From positions 16,719 to 80,718 of IMG/VR virus record IMGVR_UViG_2905373006_000003: DNA of 64,000 nucleotides; one strand, written 5' to 3'. The notes beneath the pieces are model-generated. The model saw nothing but the letters and a program-made list of their open reading frames with translations, did not search any database and was not told where the DNA came from. Origin of the DNA: a virus. Taxonomy: Duplodnaviria > Caudoviricetes. Shown here piece by piece: positions 1-10,887 of this stretch (within the stretch, counting starts at the first letter, position 1; each line of letters opens with the position of its first letter). The translations under genes were made by a program, and so were the position numbers.

Positions 1-838
1 CAATCGCTTCGACAGCTTCTTCAATGGCGACTTCGGCTTTCTCGACTGCTTCAGGTTCGCCAGATTCAGCCTCTTCTGTGGCAATTTCGGCTTTTTCCAC
101 TGCTTCTTCTGCTTTCTGCTCTTCGTCAGGATCAGAATCAGTTGAAGGTTTTTTCTCTTCTTCTGGATCATTATCTGTTGCAGGTTGAGTGCTGGTGATG
201 ACTTCCTTGATAATGGCTTTTAACGCTTCCAATTGCTCGGGCGTAAATGCACCCTCATCAGTGGTTTGCTTCTCTTTGTTTTCTTCTTCGTTCATGCGAA
301 TAAGTTCCTTTGTGTCTATGGTAATAACGGAATGGTCTTGCACAGCAACATCAGCGCCAGTGCGCCCTTCATCGACTAACGCAAGATGGTTGGCTCTAAT
401 ATGCCGTTGTATGGCGTCATAACGTTCACCGTTAAATTCGCCTGGTGTGAAATCGTAAATACAGCGATAACCTGGAGATAATTCAATTTTTCCTCCTTCA
501 ATTTGGTTAAGCGCTGAATTAGACAGGATTTTGATATTGCCTCTGAGATAGGGGTATTCAAAATAGACTCGCTCCCCGATGACCCCTTGTATCCCCTTTG
601 TCTCCGCGGGTGTACCGTCTTTCCCTAACATTTCATGCTCATCAACAAAGGGCATTAATTTGAAAGAATTAATTGTCTCTGTGCTGGCCAGTTCTTCTTG
701 TGGGCGATACACCTTGTAAATTTTTTCGGGTATCGGTGCGCCAATTTCAAACCCTAAATAATCAAAAACCCCAACTTTAGAGATGGGGTTATCTTTCACT
801 TCCAGCCAGCCGTTTAAATCATATTGTCGTTTGGTCAT
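1..838 (-). CDS. DUF2213-family head maturation protease/scaffold (3' end outside window)
   Basis: Read by hand: [29 protein letters not shown]...; GAGGAG RBS; follows head morphogenesis gene; absent from ORF track because it runs off the edge. Confidence 0.8.
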   Translation of the reverse strand, partial: MTKRQYDLNGWLEVKDNPISKVGVFDYLGFEIGAPIPEKIYKVYRPQEELASTETINSFKLMPFVDEHEMLGKDGTPAETKGIQGVIGERVYFEYPYLRGNIKILSNSALNQIEGGKIELSPGYRCIYDFTPGEFNGERYDAIQRHIRANHLALVDEGRTGADVAVQDHSVITIDTKELIRMNEEENKEKQTTDEGAFTPEQLEALKAIIKEVITSTQPATDNDPEEEKKPSTDSDPDEEQKAEEAVEKAEIATEEAESGEPEAVEKAEVAIEEAVEAI

Positions 839-1689
839 GTCTCCTCACCGAAATCTATTACGGGTGTCCAGAAGCACTTACAGTTTGGTAATTGTCCGGG
901 CAAGCCACGCTCACCTGTCCGTTCATCAATCACAGGTGGGTTATCTAAATCAAACACTTCACCATCCAGACGCAGATGTAATTCACGCGGTTCGGCACTA
1001 CCAGCCGAGTGATGCCAAACTGCCTTACGAATACCGGCAGATTTCATACGCTCATAATTCACTGCAGTCGTGATTTTTCGTGTTTGATCAACAGCGATAA
1101 AATTCGCCCTTTTTTCAGTCACACTGCCTGTATGCCTAATTTCCTCTAATAGCGTCTTTGCGCCCTCTCCACCTTGGCTAATAGAACGTAATGCAACACT
1201 TTCAATACGTTGATGAAATTGCAGTGGAATAGATTTAATTAACGATACGTTTTCAGCTGTAGAGGCAATAATTTTATCTTTCAGGGCTTCGGGCATGGCT
1301 GGGGTTTTGATGGTGATCCCCCCTGACAACTGTTTGAGAGAATCATCTAAATTACGCTTTGCGCCTATATCGACTTGGGAAACAAATTTATCCGCAATCT
1401 CTGTGGATTTTTGTTTAAAAATCTTATCCCATTTGCGTTTTAGCCGATTAAGCCAGATGCGTGTTTGACTGGCAAAGCTGGCATCCATCGTAAAACCGTC
1501 AAAGCCGTCATTTAATTCACTAAACACTTTTTCATAGTCTTTAATCATTGCATTAATGAGTCGTGACATGTCACCTTGATAACGACTAGCTGGGGCGACT
1601 GAATACTGCAGAGGTTTCCCCTTCATGACCGCTTGACGCGAAATTGCCCATTGTGCTCGCTTCGTTCGTACTCGTATTCGCCTCGACAT
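835..1689 (-). CDS. Phage head morphogenesis protein (SPP1 gp7/Mu F-like)
   Basis: C-terminal W-x-HS...H...GQLPNCKC motif; downstream of portal. Confidence 0.85.
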   Translation of the reverse strand: MSRRIRVRTKRAQWAISRQAVMKGKPLQYSVAPASRYQGDMSRLINAMIKDYEKVFSELNDGFDGFTMDASFASQTRIWLNRLKRKWDKIFKQKSTEIADKFVSQVDIGAKRNLDDSLKQLSGGITIKTPAMPEALKDKIIASTAENVSLIKSIPLQFHQRIESVALRSISQGGEGAKTLLEEIRHTGSVTEKRANFIAVDQTRKITTAVNYERMKSAGIRKAVWHHSAGSAEPRELHLRLDGEVFDLDNPPVIDERTGERGLPGQLPNCKCFWTPVIDFGEET

Positions 1690-3088
1690 AATCTGCCTCG
1701 TTCACTTCAATGCCGTAATAGCTGGACTCTTTATTGCTGGCCAGTTTTTTACGGATATCTAACCCATCTATCGCACCCGTCGAAGCCAGTGCCACATCGG
1801 TCTGCGCTTCTTTCAGTTCAATATCCGCACTCTCAACAGCCGTCGGGCTATCAAGTGGCGCCCATGTGATAGAGATTTCTGTCACAGGTAAACCATCGCT
1901 ACGCATTAACATGTCGTAATGACGCTGTAATAGATCTTCAAGGTCGTTTGATTGGATACTTTCAAGCTCTTCGCGGTAATTAGCCTCTTCGTATTCCCCT
2001 GTTGAGTTAAAGCCTTTCGGTGTAGTACCTAATAACTTTGTTGCCGGTACATTGGACGCCGATGCCACAAGCTGATATTGCGTCATAATCGTGGCGTCTA
2101 AATCCGCTAATGAGGTGTCGAACTGTTGAACAGTGTCACCACTGCCCGTCATTTGCACACCGTAGTTATCGCGCATCTCCATAAAATAGAGCATGTTTTC
2201 ATTGATAATGCTCTTATCTGCCGACTCAAGGTCTGCGATCCCCATCGTGAGTAAACGCTTAGTCATTGCCAATTGTGGCGCTTCATTGGCGGTACGTTCT
2301 GAAGCGTAGACACGCTCATAAATGCGCTCAGGAACAGAAACACCAAAGTAGTTGTACATTGGCTTCAAGACATTCGGCACAGGAAACGGTACAAACTTAA
2401 TAAAGTGAGACTTGTGATACTTACGCCCACCAATCACATAATAGGTTGGCTCGTAGAAATCCATGCTAGCAGGATCTTGAACATTGGAATCCGTTAAATC
2501 GGCCGTTACCCATTGTGGATCAATCTGTTTAATACCTTTATACATCCCTTTAGTCACACCATCGATATTAAACGGGTTTTCGTACCACTCTTTCGGGTTT
2601 GATGTCTCCACAACGAATAATGCTAAGCGACCGCCGTATACTCTCCCAAAATGAACCAGCTCTTTCAGTTGGTGTGTAATACGGTATTTTTTATCACGTT
2701 TACGGAGCTTTTTACTGATAGCGCGATCATCGTCGTTATCACAATCAATATCGTAACCCTGACGTATCGCATCACGCGCAGGCATATTGCAGGCTTTATC
2801 CACCAGCCAATGTTTAGCGATAACCGCACACATATTGTTGCCGATAAACATTTGTGAGGCATACCATGAGGCCTGTGACTCTGGCACACCGTAAACTTGT
2901 TCACCTTTAAATGAGGGCACGTAGCTATCAATGCTATCCATCGCAACACCTGCAATTGTGGGTTGGGGTAAATTAATCCCATCAAAGCCCTGTTCTCGCG
3001 CCAGTGCAGGATATAAGTCAGTTGTAAATGCTGACCGTTTAACCGGTGCGAGTGGTTCTGTTTTTCGCCTCTTAAACGGCCACCACAT
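1586..3088 (-). CDS. Portal protein (DUF1073 family)
   Basis: 500 aa after terL; GRVYGG and IPATKLLG-TPKGFNSTGE-like motifs. Confidence 0.85.
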   Translation of the reverse strand: MWWPFKRRKTEPLAPVKRSAFTTDLYPALAREQGFDGINLPQPTIAGVAMDSIDSYVPSFKGEQVYGVPESQASWYASQMFIGNNMCAVIAKHWLVDKACNMPARDAIRQGYDIDCDNDDDRAISKKLRKRDKKYRITHQLKELVHFGRVYGGRLALFVVETSNPKEWYENPFNIDGVTKGMYKGIKQIDPQWVTADLTDSNVQDPASMDFYEPTYYVIGGRKYHKSHFIKFVPFPVPNVLKPMYNYFGVSVPERIYERVYASERTANEAPQLAMTKRLLTMGIADLESADKSIINENMLYFMEMRDNYGVQMTGSGDTVQQFDTSLADLDATIMTQYQLVASASNVPATKLLGTTPKGFNSTGEYEEANYREELESIQSNDLEDLLQRHYDMLMRSDGLPVTEISITWAPLDSPTAVESADIELKEAQTDVALASTGAIDGLDIRKKLASNKESSYYGIEVNEADYVEANTSTNEASTMGNFASSGHEGETSAVFSRPS

Positions 3089-3091
3089 AGA

Positions 3092-4489
3092 TCATCTCCT
3101 AGTTGTGAAGAAACTGCCTTTTTTCTTCTGATATAAATCGCGTAATGCTTGCGTCATGGCATCCACTGTGTCGTCATGGCCAGCAAACGGGAATGTAGTA
3201 ATTTCCTCTACGGTTTCGACAATCCACGGCGCAATATCTTTGTGAGGTAGCCACACATTTCTAGCTTCCCACTCAGCAGTACACGCATGAGCACGAGCAA
3301 CCTTGCTACCATCTGGCTCGACGGGAATTAACCCTGATACGGTTGATTTGAGAGAGTCGATTACAGCAGGGCCATTGGCTTTGTCTTCCACCAGCTTACG
3401 TCGTCCTTCAGGGAATTTTTCAGCTAACCATTTCACCGATTTTAAGGTTTCAGTAAAGCTCATGCGTTTTCTAATTTGATACAGTAGATAAGCGTTTGCG
3501 TCTTTCTTGCCCCATACCTGCCCCACCACATAGTCAGTACCGTCACTGTCTTTAAAGGTCATATCCCAACTATGGATAACCTTATCGAATTTTTCAGGTA
3601 GGTCTTTCGGTAGATAGTACTGAGCAAATTCTTCGTGGAAGATTTGACCATCACCCGGCTTAGGTGATTGTTGGTACATTGCAGACCAAAAGTAATCACC
3701 GAGGATTGCTTTTGTCTCAAGGAGTTTGTCGATTGGGTGTAACTCTGGTACCAACGCTTCTCCTTTCTCATTAATGGCAGGGAATGCAAGCACCTTGGTT
3801 TCAGGCGCTTTTTCTTTTAATTGACCAGACAAATCATCAGTTGCCCATCGAGTGGCCATGATAATTTCACCGCTATTTTTTGATAAACGGGTCTTAAAGG
3901 TCGAAACGTACCAGTTCCAAATTGATTTTTTAACAGTTGGGCTAAGTGCCTCTTTCGAGTTCTTTATCGGGTCATCAATAATGCCGAGGTCAACTTTCTT
4001 ACCCGTTAATGGGCCACCTACCCCCGCACACACATAGCTTCCTTTGTAGTTGGCGATACCGAACTCGTCAGAATTACGTTTAACTGCAATGCCGTTTTCA
4101 GGCCTATTGCCTAACCAACTTTTAGGAAATAGCACGCGATATTCATCGGACATCATAATGCGCTGAACATCGGTATTCATATCACCGGCTAAATCTGAGG
4201 AATAAGACAGCGCACCCACACGCATGTTAGGGTATTTTCCAAAGAAATAAGCGGGAAGATAACGAGAAACAATATCAGACTTACCGTGTTGTGGCGGTGC
4301 CCCTAATATTAATTTAGGGCGCTTACCTGCCATCATATCAATCAAGAACTGGTCGAGCGCATCACATACCGTTTGAGAAAAATGGCTTGTAATGTATTCA
4401 GGGTTTATATACTGAATAAATTCGTGCAAACTACGTCTAGCTATCTCTCTCCTGACTTCTTCATCAAACAAGTCGAAATTGACATCCAT
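3092..4489 (-). CDS. terL: Terminase large subunit
   Basis: PPQHGKS Walker A, IIDDPIK Walker B, C-terminal HDDTVDA nuclease motif; start set to MDVNFD at 4489. Confidence 0.95.
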   Translation of the reverse strand: MDVNFDLFDEEVRREIARRSLHEFIQYINPEYITSHFSQTVCDALDQFLIDMMAGKRPKLILGAPPQHGKSDIVSRYLPAYFFGKYPNMRVGALSYSSDLAGDMNTDVQRIMMSDEYRVLFPKSWLGNRPENGIAVKRNSDEFGIANYKGSYVCAGVGGPLTGKKVDLGIIDDPIKNSKEALSPTVKKSIWNWYVSTFKTRLSKNSGEIIMATRWATDDLSGQLKEKAPETKVLAFPAINEKGEALVPELHPIDKLLETKAILGDYFWSAMYQQSPKPGDGQIFHEEFAQYYLPKDLPEKFDKVIHSWDMTFKDSDGTDYVVGQVWGKKDANAYLLYQIRKRMSFTETLKSVKWLAEKFPEGRRKLVEDKANGPAVIDSLKSTVSGLIPVEPDGSKVARAHACTAEWEARNVWLPHKDIAPWIVETVEEITTFPFAGHDDTVDAMTQALRDLYQKKKGSFFTTRR

Positions 4490-4687
4490 AGAGATACCTA
4501 AAGTGACAAAAATAACCCTTTCATGCCGTAATTGGCACGAAATGATTTTCATGTTTTTGATAACAATTGATTAACAATAAAACGGCATTAAAACAGAAAG
4601 AAGATTGTTACTTTTAGCGGTTTTGGTTGTGTTTTTAGTTGAGTTTAAAAGTGAAGGGGCGCATTAGAACCATTATGTTAAATAGAA

Positions 4688-5428
4688 CTACTTTTCACCC
4701 TTTTTTCTCAATTGAAGAAGTTGCTCGAAGCTTAAGTGACTTAAATCTATTCCTGTTGTTTGAATAGGACCACCATCGACACCCGTTAATTCCGTCTTGT
4801 TCTTCAGCATACCTAAATGCTGTGCAACCATCTTAAGCGCTTCATCTTGATTACGGGTAATAACCTCAACACCAAACTTCCCTTCTTTCACGCCAGCAAA
4901 TACTCGACGAGCTGGCCCTGTTAAATCACGCGTATCATGAAAGTACGCACGCCCAATACCAGCACCATTACAACGAGGGCAATCAGGATTTGGATCTAAT
5001 GTTTCATCGTAACCGTAGCCACCCACATCTTGTGGAGGCGGTTTATTGGCTGTAAGCGCTTTCTTAATAGCGTCTTCAAACTCTATTGAATCACGCCATT
5101 GGTAATTGAAACCAAAGCCCCAACAATGACGACAACATAATCGACGGTATTCGGTCAGCTCGTTAACGTCTGCAGTTGCAATATCCCACCATATTTTTAA
5201 TACGGCATCTTGGGTTATCTCTGTTCTGCGTTCCCGTTCTGCTAATGCGTCGGTGATTGCCCGATTAACCTTAACATTTCTATACATCCGACTTGCGCTT
5301 GCGTATGCCGTATTTCCTTCACATTTACCACCAGCACGCTTATATGCAGCAGTCCTATTTAGGTCAATAAGGTATTCATTAACGAATTTAGCCTGTAACT
5401 CAGTAAGCCCGTAATTGCGCAGACTAAA
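4688..5428 (-). pseudogene. terS: Terminase small subunit, 3' part (244 codons after the duplication)
   Basis: Frame open up to the Mu end: LRNYGLTELQAKFVNEYLIDLNRTAAYKRAG (TerS HTH); joins in frame to 40842-41126. Confidence 0.92.
5423..5428. repeat. Target-site duplication ACTAAA (left copy)
   Basis: Directly precedes TG at 5429; identical to 40842-40847. Confidence 0.93.
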
Positions 5429-5471
5429 TGATGCGCCGCGCGATAAATCACCCCATATCCGTGAGATAAAT
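5429..5471 (+). repeat. Transposable-phage end with putative transposase-binding sites
   Basis: TGAT, GxGATAAAT at positions 12-20 and ATCCGTGAGATAAA at positions 29-42, mirrored at the same offsets at the other end. Confidence 0.88.
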
Positions 5472-5600
5472 GATACCGTTGCGGCGTTCCAATATTTGCA
5501 AAAGAATTACAATTTCATATATCAATTCTTTCTTAAACGGTCTATCAGAAAGTATCAATATCAAAAATACCTCTTCTGCATAGCCAGAGTCTGAAATGGG

Positions 5601-6221
5601 TTATTCTGGCTTTTGAGGCCATTCGATATCAGTAGTGCTGGAAGCATCAACACGATTTAACAGAACTCGGTATTTTTTCCATTTTTGCAGTGCGACAACC
5701 TCTTCTTCTGTGGCTAGATCAACATCAACAGCTTCTTGCAAATACGCGATTGTATTACCTGCTTCATCTAAGCGTCGTGACTTCTCCTGCTCAATCTGTG
5801 TAATGAGTGCCGCTTTTTGGGCTTCTGTGTCAACAATCCATTTCTTACCATCCCATTTATCAAACTCACTATTCGGTTTTAACAATGTGAGAGATTCAGG
5901 CAATGCCCCCATAAAATCAATGATGATAGGTTGCTTTGTTTGCGTATTGTAGGCGGTTAAATCTCGGTAATCGTCAACAATTTCCCACGCACTGCCATCT
6001 TCTCTACGCCTAACGGCTTGATTTTCTTTTTCGGGTAATGGTGGCTCATCTAAATAAGCACCCGCAGATAATGAAACATCAAACATGACATATTCCATAG
6101 TTGATCCCATGTATTCGCGTGTTACAGGATTAGCAAGATAACACTTAACCCATCCTGTCACGCTGGCCAGACCGTTATCACCAATTTTTCCTTTTTGGAT
6201 ATTGACGTTATATTTTTGCAT
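5601..6221 (-). CDS. Tail fibre assembly protein (Tfa-like)
   Basis: C-terminal WKKYRVLLNRVD...IEWPQKPE. Confidence 0.9.
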   Translation of the reverse strand: MQKYNVNIQKGKIGDNGLASVTGWVKCYLANPVTREYMGSTMEYVMFDVSLSAGAYLDEPPLPEKENQAVRRREDGSAWEIVDDYRDLTAYNTQTKQPIIIDFMGALPESLTLLKPNSEFDKWDGKKWIVDTEAQKAALITQIEQEKSRRLDEAGNTIAYLQEAVDVDLATEEEVVALQKWKKYRVLLNRVDASSTTDIEWPQKPE

Positions 6222-7066
6222 TATTTAGCCCTCACGATATATAAAAAAGCGATATTTCGCGGACGCGTTTCATTAGCACCTTCATCATTACTTGCAGTGC
6301 TAATCGTTACCGAAAAACCACTGCCTACCGGATATTCATAATTTACTATAGGGGTATTACCGAATTGCTGACTGAGAATACGTCTGCCTGTATCCACACC
6401 ACGACCATTATCCCAGCCACGAATAAATTCACCGCGTAAATCGGGTAATTTTCCTAAAGGATACGCAACGGCAAGTTTTGGGTATGTTGCCTTATTAAAG
6501 GTTTGCCCTTGACAAATTAGATAACCAGAAGGTGCTGTAGGTGATGGCCAGGGTATAGGTGAGCCGACAGGATAATTATCAACACACTCAGCATCTGAGG
6601 CTAACACAACGGTGCCCGACTTGTCCGGAAAGCTGTAATAGTTCCATTTATTGTTATGTTTTAATGCTAGGGATTTGTCTATGCCGGGTTTGAGTGTCAG
6701 CCCTGCCTCATTATCGGCACCACGAACAGAAAGCAGTGTTTTAACGCCGATACTTCCCTGAAAATCCTGATGCCTCACATGTGTCAGGTAAGCGACACTG
6801 TTTTTATCCGGGAATTTACCGTCAGACTCTTCTTTAGTATATGACTCTCCTTTCCGGGCATACTGTGTATGCGGATTAGCCGCTTTGAGATGCTCTGACA
6901 GCTCATTTTTCTGACCTTCAGCCTGTTTTTTTAAATAATTCGTCCGGTTGGCCAGTTGTTCTGCCTGCCGGTTGGCGATACCTCCCGGCCCACCTAATAC
7001 CGGGTCTGAGACTTCAAGCTGATAAATACCGTCTTCCCAGACAGCGGATTCGTTAAGTGTTGCCAT
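6221..7066 (-). CDS. Short tail fibre protein with collar domain
   Basis: PVGSPIPWP...LPDLRGEFIRGWDNGRGVD...ETRPRNIAFLYIVRA. Confidence 0.88.
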   Translation of the reverse strand: MATLNESAVWEDGIYQLEVSDPVLGGPGGIANRQAEQLANRTNYLKKQAEGQKNELSEHLKAANPHTQYARKGESYTKEESDGKFPDKNSVAYLTHVRHQDFQGSIGVKTLLSVRGADNEAGLTLKPGIDKSLALKHNNKWNYYSFPDKSGTVVLASDAECVDNYPVGSPIPWPSPTAPSGYLICQGQTFNKATYPKLAVAYPLGKLPDLRGEFIRGWDNGRGVDTGRRILSQQFGNTPIVNYEYPVGSGFSVTISTASNDEGANETRPRNIAFLYIVRAK

Positions 7067-7647
7067 TACTGATGACTCCCGTAGTTATAATTACCGTCAA
7101 AATGCGCCTCTGCGTTATACCGGACAGGAACAGCCTGATAATCTAGGCTGATAAGGTGACAGCGGGCCGGGGCAAAAAAGGACAGTACGCGGCGTAACAG
7201 TCTTGCCTGATCATTGGTGATGGGCCGCTGCAGTATCACCCGGTAAACCGCCCAGGCACGCTTGTCCCCGTAAAGGTAATGGCCGTTAAACGTTCCCTGA
7301 CCGTCATACTGTAATCCACCCAGTCCTTCGATTAACTCCACCTCACCAAAGCCAAAACGCCGGATGACTTCCCGGATTGACCATGGCGTACCTTTATAAC
7401 GGTGTAATTCAATGGCTGACTTGATGAGTGTGCGGCGGACGTCGTCGGACTCAGCCAGCTCCCAGCCATCGCCGAACAGTGAAAACTGCTCACCCAGCCA
7501 TGGCAGCGCGGAACTGTCGACGATATCGGTGAGACAGATCATCAGGGTACTCAGGTCGATACGATTCAGACGTTCTGCCAGCCTGCCCAGTGACCGGAAC
7601 CGGATATCGCCTTCCAGCGGCGGCGGAAGCTGAAGGGGATCAGTCAT
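7066..7647 (-). CDS. Baseplate/tail protein I (P2 gpI-like)
   Basis: LPWLGEQF...AIELHRYKGTPWSI; follows J. Confidence 0.88.
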   Translation of the reverse strand: MTDPLQLPPPLEGDIRFRSLGRLAERLNRIDLSTLMICLTDIVDSSALPWLGEQFSLFGDGWELAESDDVRRTLIKSAIELHRYKGTPWSIREVIRRFGFGEVELIEGLGGLQYDGQGTFNGHYLYGDKRAWAVYRVILQRPITNDQARLLRRVLSFFAPARCHLISLDYQAVPVRYNAEAHFDGNYNYGSHQ

Positions 7648-8743
7648 CAGCCACTCCGGTCATATTGAGGGTGATACCGGTACAGTTAGCCCATTCATTT
7701 TCAGCAACGACCAGCAACGCCGGGCTTATCAGTTCAACCTGATAAACACCGGCAACAGACAGCTCACTGATAATCTGACTCGGGACAATATCGCGCCCCA
7801 GAACTGCCCTGCGGGCAGCCACCCAGTTCTGAATAGCCTTGTTTGCATGCACTTTTACCGAGGCGGCATCCTGATCACGATAGACAGTGATATTGGCCAC
7901 AATGTCATAATCCACCAGTACGGGTGGTTTCGCCTGTACCGTATCGGTCAGCGGCCTGATTTTTTCATCTGAACAAAAACTCTCGACCAGCGTCAGAATA
8001 CTGTCATCCGGCAGACCGGTACTGAGCAACGGATATAATTCCACCGTACCGGGAAACGGTGAAAGCACAGCGACATCCACCACATTGGGATGCGCCTGCA
8101 TGGCATGGAAACGGTAAGCCATTTTGCTTCCGGCATTAGTGAACGATTCCGGTGCCAGCTTGATACGCTCACGGAGCCTGTCGTTATCTTCCTGCTCTGA
8201 ACCGCCGGAACTGGCCGTCAGGTTCGTCACCTGTAAATCGATATCCCCGATATCATCCAGTAACTGGCTGATTTGTGCCGGTTGCCAGTTATTTCCGTTT
8301 ATTCCCGGCTCAGTACAGGTGGCCCGGGTGTTAACCAACAGTAATCCGGCCTTCAGCACCACATCGGTATCCGTTGCAAAAATTATGCTGTCTGACGCAC
8401 TGACGCGGGTGCCTGCGGGTATCAGGACATCCCTGGTCAGTGCTGTATCCACGGAAAACTGAAGCAGAGTCGAAGCCGGTTGTGGCGCGAGGCGGTAAAC
8501 CCCCACCAGTTCGCCCAGAAAATCAATCATCGGCTCCCGGGCAAAGGCCACCAGATTTTGTTTGGCCGCCTCCTGAATCGCAACACGGATCAGCATCTCT
8601 CGGTAAGCCCACAAATTAATCAGCAGGCGTTCTGCCTGAGCCGGATATAAGGTTTTTCCGGTATCACGCTCATACTGTGCAATCATTTCAGCCGTAATTT
8701 TATCGGCATCACGTTCAATAAAATCAGGTTCTGTTAACGCCAT
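7640..8743 (-). CDS. Baseplate J-like protein
   Basis: GGSEQEDNDRLRERI...AGS..AY motif. Confidence 0.92.
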   Translation of the reverse strand: MALTEPDFIERDADKITAEMIAQYERDTGKTLYPAQAERLLINLWAYREMLIRVAIQEAAKQNLVAFAREPMIDFLGELVGVYRLAPQPASTLLQFSVDTALTRDVLIPAGTRVSASDSIIFATDTDVVLKAGLLLVNTRATCTEPGINGNNWQPAQISQLLDDIGDIDLQVTNLTASSGGSEQEDNDRLRERIKLAPESFTNAGSKMAYRFHAMQAHPNVVDVAVLSPFPGTVELYPLLSTGLPDDSILTLVESFCSDEKIRPLTDTVQAKPPVLVDYDIVANITVYRDQDAASVKVHANKAIQNWVAARRAVLGRDIVPSQIISELSVAGVYQVELISPALLVVAENEWANCTGITLNMTGVADD

Positions 8744-9081
8744 AGCAACTCCTGCATTTGAGTTTCCCCGTCATTCCCTTTCCAGCTCACACAAAGTGTA
8801 AGATGCTCACCGTCAATGAGGGGTTTCACTGACACAAGCTGACAGCGTGGCTCCCAGCGACGGATGGCATCAACAGACTCACGCACCACATGGGGAATGG
8901 CCCGGTCAACCGGCCAGTCGATATACCGGTGCAGATCCGTACCGAACTCAGAGCGGTGCGGGTCACTGCCCCGGGGCGTTCGCAGGATAATCTGAATGGA
9001 CTGCCGGATATCCTCCGGCCCCCGGACGATTTCGCCGGGAGCCTGCAGAGCCGGTTGCCAGAATACAGGGGTTGTTTTCAT
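8734..9081 (-). CDS. Baseplate wedge GPW/gp25-family protein
   Basis: IQIILRTPRGSDPHRSEFG...AIRRWEPR. Confidence 0.9.
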   Translation of the reverse strand: MKTTPVFWQPALQAPGEIVRGPEDIRQSIQIILRTPRGSDPHRSEFGTDLHRYIDWPVDRAIPHVVRESVDAIRRWEPRCQLVSVKPLIDGEHLTLCVSWKGNDGETQMQELLWR

Positions 9082-9087
9082 GGGGGC

Positions 9088-9130
9088 AGTATTACCCCGG
9101 ACATGCGGGAGGGATATTAAAGGGGTTTAA
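9088..9130 (-). promoter_or_regulatory. Putative Mor/C-activated late promoter (before gpW)
   Basis: Minus strand TTAAA-CCCC-TTTAA, 23 bp, AATACT-G; same geometry at 15267, 20899 and 28355. Confidence 0.75.
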
Positions 9131-9136
9131 AAAGAC

Positions 9137-9733
9137 TCAGTGGCCATGATGATTCGAGTTAGGGCCATCCGATAACATGCTGCCGGTTGAGTGGACATTA
9201 CCGTTAACTTCCACATTCCCCTGAATACTGGCAGCAGCACCATTTCCGCCGGAGCCTGCCATGCCCCCCTCATAAGTGAGTTTACCGCCGACCAGAAGAT
9301 TGCCGGTGATTTCGGTTTCCGGTGCATTGATGGTGACTTTCGGGGTTTTGACGGTGACATCCGCCTGACATTCAATTCGGATATGCTCAATACCGCCCCG
9401 GATAGTCAGCGTGTGTGTGTCCCTGTTGTAGCTGAATTCAGCCCCATCAGCATACACGGTGCCCCGGACATTTTTGTCACTGAATGGCGGTTTATCCACA
9501 CTGGAGTAAACGGCCCCCAGGATAACACCGTCCTCACCATTTGCATCCAGCAGCACCTCCACCTGCTCACCGATATCAGGCAACCAGTAATCCTTGTTAT
9601 TCTGGGTATTGCGCTGCAGCACATTCAGCCAGTGTGTGCGCAGATTATCGCATTCCGGCAGACGAACACGGGCCTGAACCTTATCGGCATCCACGGCACT
9701 GACAGTACCGACCTGACGGGTTACAGTGGCCAT
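9137..9733 (-). CDS. Baseplate spike protein V
   Basis: PDIGEQVEVLLD...GVILGAVYS; His-rich C-terminus NHHGH. Confidence 0.92.
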   Translation of the reverse strand: MATVTRQVGTVSAVDADKVQARVRLPECDNLRTHWLNVLQRNTQNNKDYWLPDIGEQVEVLLDANGEDGVILGAVYSSVDKPPFSDKNVRGTVYADGAEFSYNRDTHTLTIRGGIEHIRIECQADVTVKTPKVTINAPETEITGNLLVGGKLTYEGGMAGSGGNGAAASIQGNVEVNGNVHSTGSMLSDGPNSNHHGH

Positions 9734-10887
9734 TATTTTTTCTCCTTTATCACCGTTGAGGTGGTGCCATCCGCTTTATACACCGTCAGCGTCTGTGTTT
9801 TTGCCGGTTTTCCCCGTTGGCGGCGGGTTCGGGTTACCGGGCCTCTGGCCACTTCCAGTTCAGTGGTATAGCCGCTGCTCCGCTCAAACATATGCCGGGC
9901 TGATGTTATCAGCCAGTCCCCGGATAACTGCCCGAAACCGGATAATTCAATTTTATTACCGGCGGTCAATTGCGGCGTCCCTGCGAGAGTCAGTGAGCCG
10001 TTCTGCTGATATTCGTTATTTTTTGCCAGTGCCGAATCTGCCTTTATCCGAGCACTTTCCGGGTCACCGGCGCGACTGTTGACCTTCAGTGTGTCTGCGC
10101 TGACGGTTTTTCCCCCGCTGAGTTGTTTATCACTCTCACGGGTTCCTCCGTCAGCCTCATAGACAATTAATTTTTTCTCTTTACTGTTCTGGTGTTTGAC
10201 TTTTGCAGACTGGTAAATCCGGTTGATGGTATCACGCAGGGAAAAACGGGCGATATCCTGCGGTGTCAGTTGTCTGACCGGCTCCTGACTGCGCAGAGAG
10301 GTCAGGTGAGAAAAAATCAGCCGGTCACTGACAATTTTCACGGCATAACCATATTCACCGGCCAGGCGGCGCAAAAATCCCACATCCGTTTCCGCATACT
10401 GTGTAATCCGATCAATTTTGACAGGCTCAATGGTGCCGACCAGTTTCAGCTGATGTTTTTTGGCAATGCGTCCGGCAATGGCGGCCAGTGTGGTGTTTTC
10501 AAAACCCCGGCTGGATTTTGTCCGCAGCGCCTGATTCACCGAGGCAGCCACACCTCTGACGGACACAACCGAAGGGGGGGCACTGACCTCGATTTCATCA
10601 ATGGAGAATGTGCCGCAGGACAGCAATGTTTCGCCTTTATAGCCCATTTTCAGCGTGAGCGTGTCACCTTTTCCCGGATACCATTTATCCAGCCAGCGAC
10701 CGTCCGAATCCTCCAACTCCACTTCAATGGTGTCCGATTCACTTTTGATGTTATCGGTGTAAGTGACGCGTGTGACATACGGTGCAATATCGGTGGTGAT
10801 ATTTTTCTGAAGATACCACAGCGTAAATACCGGACTCAGGACATCCGTGACGCCGGTATTTACCGGCAGGGTGTTTATCTCAGCCAT
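9733..10887 (-). CDS. Late control D / baseplate hub protein
   Basis: QYAETDVGFLRRLA motif; synteny X-D-V. Confidence 0.9.
   Translation of the reverse strand: MAEINTLPVNTGVTDVLSPVFTLWYLQKNITTDIAPYVTRVTYTDNIKSESDTIEVELEDSDGRWLDKWYPGKGDTLTLKMGYKGETLLSCGTFSIDEIEVSAPPSVVSVRGVAASVNQALRTKSSRGFENTTLAAIAGRIAKKHQLKLVGTIEPVKIDRITQYAETDVGFLRRLAGEYGYAVKIVSDRLIFSHLTSLRSQEPVRQLTPQDIARFSLRDTINRIYQSAKVKHQNSKEKKLIVYEADGGTRESDKQLSGGKTVSADTLKVNSRAGDPESARIKADSALAKNNEYQQNGSLTLAGTPQLTAGNKIELSGFGQLSGDWLITSARHMFERSSGYTTELEVARGPVTRTRRQRGKPAKTQTLTVYKADGTTSTVIKEKK

Noticed and set aside
831-838. GACCAA at the DUF2213 start as an sRNA target
   Set aside because: Explained by Met-Thr-Lys codons; lacks the AGGCAA extension and hairpin
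1586-1689. 104-bp portal/head-gene overlap as a frameshift lesion
   Set aside because: Both ORFs look full length; cannot be judged without homologues
5472-7066. Invertible tail-fibre (G-segment) system or DGR
   Set aside because: Single fibre and chaperone; no invertase, reverse transcriptase or repeat pair seen
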